Shown piece after piece: positions 56,544 to 64,000 of a DNA stretch of 64,000 nt. The position numbers were made by a program, and so were the translations under genes. Where the stretch lies: positions 7,812,001 to 7,876,000 of the forward strand of contig JAQFVV010000003.1 of the NCBI GenBank assembly GCA_028023455.1. The letters are read 5' to 3'. This DNA comes from Epiperipatus broadwayi (Eukaryota > Animalia > Onychophora). Numbering within the stretch: position 1 is the first letter of the stretch; each line of letters starts with the position of its first letter. The notes beneath the pieces were generated by a model. The model ran no database searches. It was not told the DNA's origin and worked only from the letters and a program-made list of their open reading frames with translations.

Positions 56544-57208
56544 ATATATATATATAAACTTTTTTTATCAATCTTTTTGTTATCATACATATTCCATAGT
56601 TTTATCTTTATTTCTCTAAACGGATTACAACTTTTATATTCTAATAATAAATGTCCAATATTTTCCACCTGACGAATTTAAATCTTTTACCTATTTTTTA
56701 ATTTATTTTTGCCTCCAGACTTCCTCTCTTATTTTGATGCCATATTAATAATTTTTTACTGCATAACAGAATGCTTATCCCAATTATACTGAAATAAAGT
56801 TTTCATCTTATTTTTTTTACATGTTTTATTACTTGCCTCAATCACTTTAGCATCAACTTTTACAATTAATGCAATTAAAAATACTTTTAGCATTTCTATC
56901 ATTATCCATATGCTTTTAATTTGTTTCACCTTTTATGTTCTCACTTCTTTTCATATCTTACCTATAGTGGCTAATTATTTATAAGTATAAAACACTACAT
57001 CATCTCACGTTTGTCAAAATCATTTCATCCTCACAATCATTATTCCTCAATCCTTCCTACACTAGAGGGGTGGGGGTTGATGAAAATTTTTTTAAAATCA
57101 ATTCTGATAAAAATTATTACCTTCAGAATTTATTCTTTGAATAAATATTATATATATAAAACTTCTCAAAATCTAAAAATTGTATTTTTGCATTTTCACA
57201 CTCTAATC

Positions 57209-57883
57209 CAGAGATTCCCAAATTTTTTTGTCCCCATACCCATTTGGCTTTTAGTAAATTATCCAATATCCCCTAATTACTATAATAAGAAATAAACAGT
57301 AATTACGTTTTCATAAAAGTGGTAAAATCTAATTTTTTCCTCAACACAGAACCATAAGTACAAATATATAGTACTAATTTCCACGAAAGGCCATTTGAAT
57401 AAAAAAAAAACATTCACCAAATTTGTAATGTTCACGGCCTTTGTTGTTTCTTTCAAGGGTTTACAAAAAAAAAAATTCCTCTTTTATTTTGTTCTGATGT
57501 ATATATTTAGTAAAACCAAGAAGCTGTTCACAGTTACAAATATCAATTCATTCATCCCATTATAAATTAATTCTTGTCAGACATTTTTTGATTTCCTCCA
57601 CTACTTAGTGATTTCATTAGCTATTGTAAATTTTAAGTGGGCATTTTGAGTTATCAAACTCTGCAGTGAGAAAAATATATGCAACCTTACTGTGTTCTTG
57701 TTCAAAAAGATGTCTGGTGTAACTGATACATAATAACAACATGGAATAGCCCAGAAATGTTGATAACTATTTTTGAATTATATTAACAGTATAATATACT
57801 TATTTACCTACTATTCACTATACTCTCTGGACCAGCTTCCCATATCTCCTGGGAATGTGGGCACCCCAGGTTAAAAACCCCTG
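57209..57883. mobile_element. hAT-Charlie non-autonomous element
   Basis: Ends cagagattcccaaa / ggttaaaaacccctg; 8-bp TSD ctctaatc / ctctaacc (NTCTARAN-like). Internal minus-strand fragment EEFFFCKPLKETTKA of Charlie-type transposase (~57435-57485). Confidence 0.8.
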
Positions 57884-60800
57884 CTCTAACCTGTCATTTA
57901 TAAAACATTTTATTTAATAATTTCCCATTATTCAAACAACAATAAAATATCTATTATCCCAATATCTTCTTGAATAATTTCTATTATTATAATATTGCTA
58001 TTCTTTTTATTTACAACTTTTAGATACCTGGTAACATCTTTACTTCTCATTCCAAATAAACAAATTCAGTATATTCACATCTATTTCTAATTAGTCTTCC
58101 CTTTCTAATTAAAGAATCTTCAATTATTATATTTTCTCTTATCAACTTAATTTTAGTTCTTAGGTCTTTTGTTATAATGAAGTTACACTGACCACATTTC
58201 TTTGTATTGAATAATATTCTAAAATATCAACACTTATCTTGGGATAATACAATAGAGTAGCATAGAAATTAATGAAAACATTATTACAAACTTCTACCAT
58301 CTAAAATTACATTTGCCCAGACTGTACAAGGTATTTCAGGTTCCAAATACTTCCTAAAACTATCCAATTCAGCAAATTTCTTACACATATCTAAAAAAAA
58401 AAAATACAGTTAGTATCTATGTCCTTATATATTCTTGAAATAATTTACATTTTTTAAAAATGCAAAAAATCTTTAATTCTAGCAGAATTTTTTAAAATAT
58501 TAATCTTTTTAGAATAGCATAAATTAATAATTAGTTCACCTTTTCTATTTATGAGGTTATTTATTATCATTAGAATTTACTGCATATATTTGAATTTCAT
58601 CCAGCTCTCTGATGTCAGTTGGTTTAACAATTTATTATTATCAATATATATGTCCAGGCAAAAATGATTCCTGCAGTTTGAAAAGATCCAACATTATTAC
58701 AATATATATTTATTGCCCCAGTACCACATATATATAACTAGTCAAATATATTGACTCAGGTTCAAAACCTTAGAATGTTTTGAAGGTCAAACTTTTAGCT
58801 TGAGTAGCAAAAAGTCATTAAAATATATATTGATCTAGCAGTTTTATATAATTGTTTGAATAGATTGCTGAATTAAAACCCATAGAGTACTTGGAATTTC
58901 AGACTTTTAGTTTGAGTAGTAGAATGGAGTTATAGACAGTTACAAGATATGTAATTGCATTACTTCCAACTAAAAATTAGTCATGGGATGGGGATTTAAA
59001 TATACTAAGTCTGGTAATCATTGAATACTCAATCGTATTATAAGATGGCAATGGAATAGGAAACTGATCTTATTTTATTAAATATTCTATAAGCTAAAGA
59101 ATCAAGTAATTTATTATTATCTATATAACTACATGTCATACATTTGGACATATATTAATATATATTGTACCATTTATTTATATATGGTACAAATATATTG
59201 GCATTCGGTAAGATATTTAAAAGCTAAGAAAAAAAGAGTAAATTTAGCAATCTTTTAAAAAAAAAATATTTTTAGATTTTTTCTGATTAGTATAATTTAT
59301 TTTTTTAAAACATACAATGAAAGTTAAAATTGTCGTATTTTTTTAATGTAATTAAAAATAAAAGTTAAAATTGGAGAGAATAAATGACATGCAGATTACT
59401 GATCCAGATAAATTAAAAGAATTCCAAAAATAAAAAGATTACAATTGGAAAATTAAAAGAAATCCAAAAGAAAAAAAAAGATTACAATTAGAAAAATATT
59501 TTAGCTAATTAAAGATGGCCAAAAGACATTATAAAAAAGAGAACTTTGTAATATAAATTTTATAAAGAATGTTCAAGATTATCAACGTATATTTTTGACA
59601 AACAAAAAGTATGCACAGAAGTCTGAAAACTGGACCTCGCGTATAAAAGGAAGAGGCCAGTTTGATCAACATCTTGTTTCATCTGTTTTTCTTATGGTTG
59701 GTCCTGGATAACAAAGGAATATATCCAAGATCACTCTATGCTGAAATAATTCTGCATGTTGGAGTGAACCAGAGCTTTTGCTGACATCGTTCCTGAAGAT
59801 GGACATCAGAAAAGCTTTCATGACCGACCAGTAAAATAGACCACAAGATCAGCTTATAACTGATGGCTGAGCTCATTCTCCCACAAAAAAAAAACTATGC
59901 ATAGTAATCTACAAGCTTCGTAAATTCACTAAACTTACTGGTAAGTTAAGATTACTTATTCCTGATTGTGACAAAATTAAGTGTTTTCAAACAATTCTTA
60001 AAAATATGCTTAAAATAATCCTGATAGAGACATTAATTTTCTTATGCAAGAGACATTCATTTTAAGGAACTTTCTAGAAGAAATTTGGAAGTGAACTGTA
60101 ATTGTGAAATTGTTTTTTTTATTAATTGATTCATGTTTGGATTAACGTGCATGTGTTCTCTCCAGTTTATTTAATTCGTAATTTAACTTAAAAGATATTT
60201 TTAGTTTGTTAGAATAAAAGAGATTTTACTTTTATCAACTTTTTTCATTGTATGTTATTAATAAGGGTTATTAATGATTATTATTAAATTTATTATTAGT
60301 TTAGTAAGATTTAGAAATATAATTTACCTTTGCCAATATATTTTGAATAAGCTCCAGGAATAATAATATCCAAAAAAGAATTCTAGTTATGGTATAATAT
60401 AACACCAATTCTTTTAAAAACTTTTTTTTTTTAATTTACGAGTTACGATATGTTTGACGCAGAATTAGTGAGTCTAATGACTCTGGCACCCTCATTTATA
60501 AATTAAAAACTGATTCAGCTCACAATTATACTCGTAACAATTCTAGGCCGAGTTGATCAGGAAATATAATTATGTTTTTAGAAATAGGAACAAAACTTTC
60601 TTCTTTTTGCATAACTTGTACAACTCACACAGTTTATTGCATATAGAGGCCTAGCAAGATGAGGAAAACGTTAAAATATATATACATTAAATGCATCAAA
60701 ATAAATGAAACTTTACTTTTTTTAAATTATCAATCCAATCTTATTACTATTACATTCTAATTGCAATTCTTATCTCACTGTCATATACTGATTACTTGTC

Positions 60801-60958
60801 ATTATAATATTTTTTTTTTTGTCATTTTGAGCTTTTTATCCTAGCTGTTTTTAAAGTAAACTTATATTTACTTCCTTGAAATTTTTAGCTCTACAATATC
60901 TTCTAATTAAATATTTTTTAATGTTTATTCTTTTAATAATTATATATATATATAAATA

Positions 60959-61300
60959 TGTTGTAACGGTCCACGTTTTCCACCAGAAGAGGGGTGTGTG
61001 CACATCTAACTACTGTTGGACCAAGGGTCTTTGGGTAGGATGCTGCGAATAACATGATGAAGTAACTAACCAATGATCATATCCACCAGGCTAGTTTATC
61101 CATACCTCATCCCTCTTTAGGATCCCATTACGCCTTAGTATTTGAACCCAGGAAGAATGTTGCCTTTGGCTCTCTTCAGGGGTGAATTTATGTAACAACT
61201 AAGTTTTTATTGACTTAAGATATATCCAACCCTATTGTTGTGTTATTTATTATGATATGGGTGTGCATATATATATATATATATTGAGCCGATAATTTCG
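60959..61300 (+). mobile_element. Possible solo LTR
   Basis: GC-richer block starting tgttgtaacgg within (TA)n flanks; no partner copy in the window. Confidence 0.3.
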
Positions 61301-64000
61301 AGCAGCTCATGTTATATTTTCTGTGTATGTAAATTATGTATCTACACATATATATACTAGGTATAAAATAAGAAATAAATGCTGTGTATATAGAAAGTTT
61401 TTTGGTATTATTTATTAGTTTTTTATAGTAGGTTTTTGGGTATTATTTATTAGTTTTTTTAATTGGGATTTGAAAAAAAAAACAGAAAGAAAAGAAAAGG
61501 CAAAATGGTAGATTAGTTGTTGTTTTTTTAATTGGATTGAGAGATTACATCGAAAGTGATATTAAAAGAAAAAAAATAATAAAATATTTTTTGTTTTTGG
61601 AATACAATTTTAATTAAATTTTCTAATCTGAAGAGAGAGGAGGGGGGGAAGAATTGTAATTAATTCTATTGTCATGGCTTCTAGTTGGAAGGTGTTAAAA
61701 ACTAAAAAAAAAAATTAAAGAAATGCAATCACCGGCTGGGAACGTGATCAGATCAAAGGGCAATGTAAAAAGGACTATAAATAGAGACAAAACTATTGTG
61801 ATTATTATTAGCTTTTTTTTTAATAAAAGAAAAGAACTATTATAGAGTGAAAATAAAATGTTAGAAGGCTAAACAATTAAAATCCGTCCCCAGCTGGGAC
61901 ACTAGATTTTCATCTCACTGGGAAACCACCTCATGTAACAAGGTCACCTAGGTGAAAGTGAAACCAACCAGAGAACAAAATTCATTATGGTGAATCAACT
62001 CCCAAAGGATCCCAAGGAACACATATGGACACTGATCGATCAGGGTAATATAAACTTTGCTTTTTGAATGAACTATAGATTGCTGAACTTAAAAACATAT
62101 CTAATTCGGATTGTATTTAATCAGTCATGAACTATAAGTTGCGATTATAGAAGGGGTTTTTGTTATATATATATATATATTTATAATGCTTATGTTTGCA
62201 TTGCCCAATTAGTTTTATTTAAAATACGTAATTTATATATATTTGTGTTTTTTTTGTTTTTTGTTTTTCTTTACGGAGGGTTTTCAAATAACTTTTGATG
62301 AAATTCAAGACTATAGGAGGAGGTTAAAAATAATAATAATCCCATAAATGAATCCCAGAAATTGTTATCGAAATAGAATGTAAACATGATTTAACAAAGC
62401 ATAAATGAAAGGTTTAAGGGTTGAGTAAATATTGAATGAGAGGGTAGGGGTTTAGTGTAATAACTTGCTCCTAATAGTAAGCCACTTAGCCTCTGTACCA
62501 GTCAAGATTTGGACCAGTCTGGGATGCTTATATATATAAGTAAAAGCACATGTTCCTTCAAGAACGAAAAATACATATTACTCTTCACCTTTGTTAGTTT
62601 TTATTTTATTTTATATAAAAAGAAAAAAAGAAAGATAATGTTAGTCATGTTAATGGTATTGTTCTATCAATAGTCTTGAATAAAAGAAAAGTAAAAATTA
62701 TAATAAAGCGTGTTATTATTTGAAACATATTTAAGTGTACTTGGTTGTTTCTTTAGCGCTTGTATGTGATAATAAAATATATGATCGTCGCGTATACACG
62801 CATATTAAAAATGGGATTACAAAGGGGAGGTAGGCTGGATCTGTCATATGTATAAAAATTAACAACCGTGAATATAAGATTCTTCTAATTTCGTGGCTCT
62901 AGGTTCTTTTCCTAGTGGCACCCTTGTATGATACGATTCCAGCTGTAATTAAAATTTTTGATTCTTAGCCTACAAACTTTTAGATACGAAAAGTAATGGC
63001 ACAATATATTCAGTCAATTAAATTAATGAATGTGTGCATAAATGATTTGATAAAATAGAGACCAATTTGATTTAAAAAACATTATCAATTTTTATTTATA
63101 ACAGAGAAAAATTCAAATTCTATTAACATAGCAAAAATTTTATTACATGTGGCCCATATGCATCTCTAGCATAAAAATGACTAAAAGTATTTGTTACTCG
63201 AACCCATGCCCATGGTAGATATGCATCAATGATACTCCCTATTTTCTAAAATATAAAATCAAAGAAAAATTATTATTTCATTGTCATAACAATTGTGAAG
63301 CTAACTATTTACAATATCATATTGCTGTATGTTCAATAGCCCATGATCCAATTTCAGCTGGAGAGGTTCCATCATCTTTGGGGATCCTTTATCTATATAT
63401 AAGTTACCTAAAGTGAATAGAGAAAAAACTTTCACACAAAAATATTTGTCATTCATACTGAATAAACTAAATGTAACAATTATTAGCTAAATGTAAACAA
63501 ATAACATACACACTTTCTTGTACTAGTGCATGTAAATTAATATGTAAGAACATCAAGAATTCTTACCTCAACTCATATTATGTGATAATGATGATGATCA
63601 GATGCCAAGTCACTACAAAGGGGATTAACCTAAATTTTATTTACAAAAAAATATTTCTAGCTTAATAAACCTTCCTCCCTGCCCAACATTACTTCTTATG
63701 CAATGGACTTCCTGACTACAAACACGCTGGAACTTCCACATGTGAAAATAATAAAAATAGAATTTTACAAACATATAAAATAAAAAAATATATATAACAC
63801 ATTATAATTTTGATTTTGTTCAAATCTTCCTGATTAAAGGCTGTAATTTTAGCATTAATGTCTTTCATGGATGCAATCTGTTTATCTCTTCATCAGTCCG
63901 TTTTGATGAATCCTCCAATGTTCACCTAGATTCTCTGGTAACATGCTTGAACAAGGTTGTTTCCATTTTGTACATTACTATCTGCCGTGATCCATTCTGA

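Overview
This is a very AT-rich eukaryotic window, most likely from an invertebrate metazoan; there is no prokaryotic gene organisation and no CRISPR array. Two host genes are supported: the last two coding exons of EOGT (+ strand, ends in KDEL, upstream exons outside the window) and an intronless DHHC palmitoyltransferase of the ZDHHC24 type (- strand). Much of the remaining sequence is transposon debris: three Ty3/Gypsy elements that all lack recognisable RT/RNase H, solo-LTR-like pieces, a near-complete CR1-type ORF2 embedded in (TTA)n microsatellite, RTE and L1/Tx1 relics, Penelope-like (GIY-YIG) relics, hAT relics and several MITEs. The most notable signal is a dispersed family of non-coding fold-back elements (at least 5 loci). 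Their arms carry a minimal type I hammerhead ribozyme motif (CUGANGA / stem II / GAAA / palindromic ACUAGUC cleavage site) with covarying stem II. One copy has a junction at the predicted cleavage site, and another has a nested inversion architecture also seen in an unrelated palindrome. All calls were made by reading the sequence; no database search or folding program was run, and boundaries of degraded relics are approximate.
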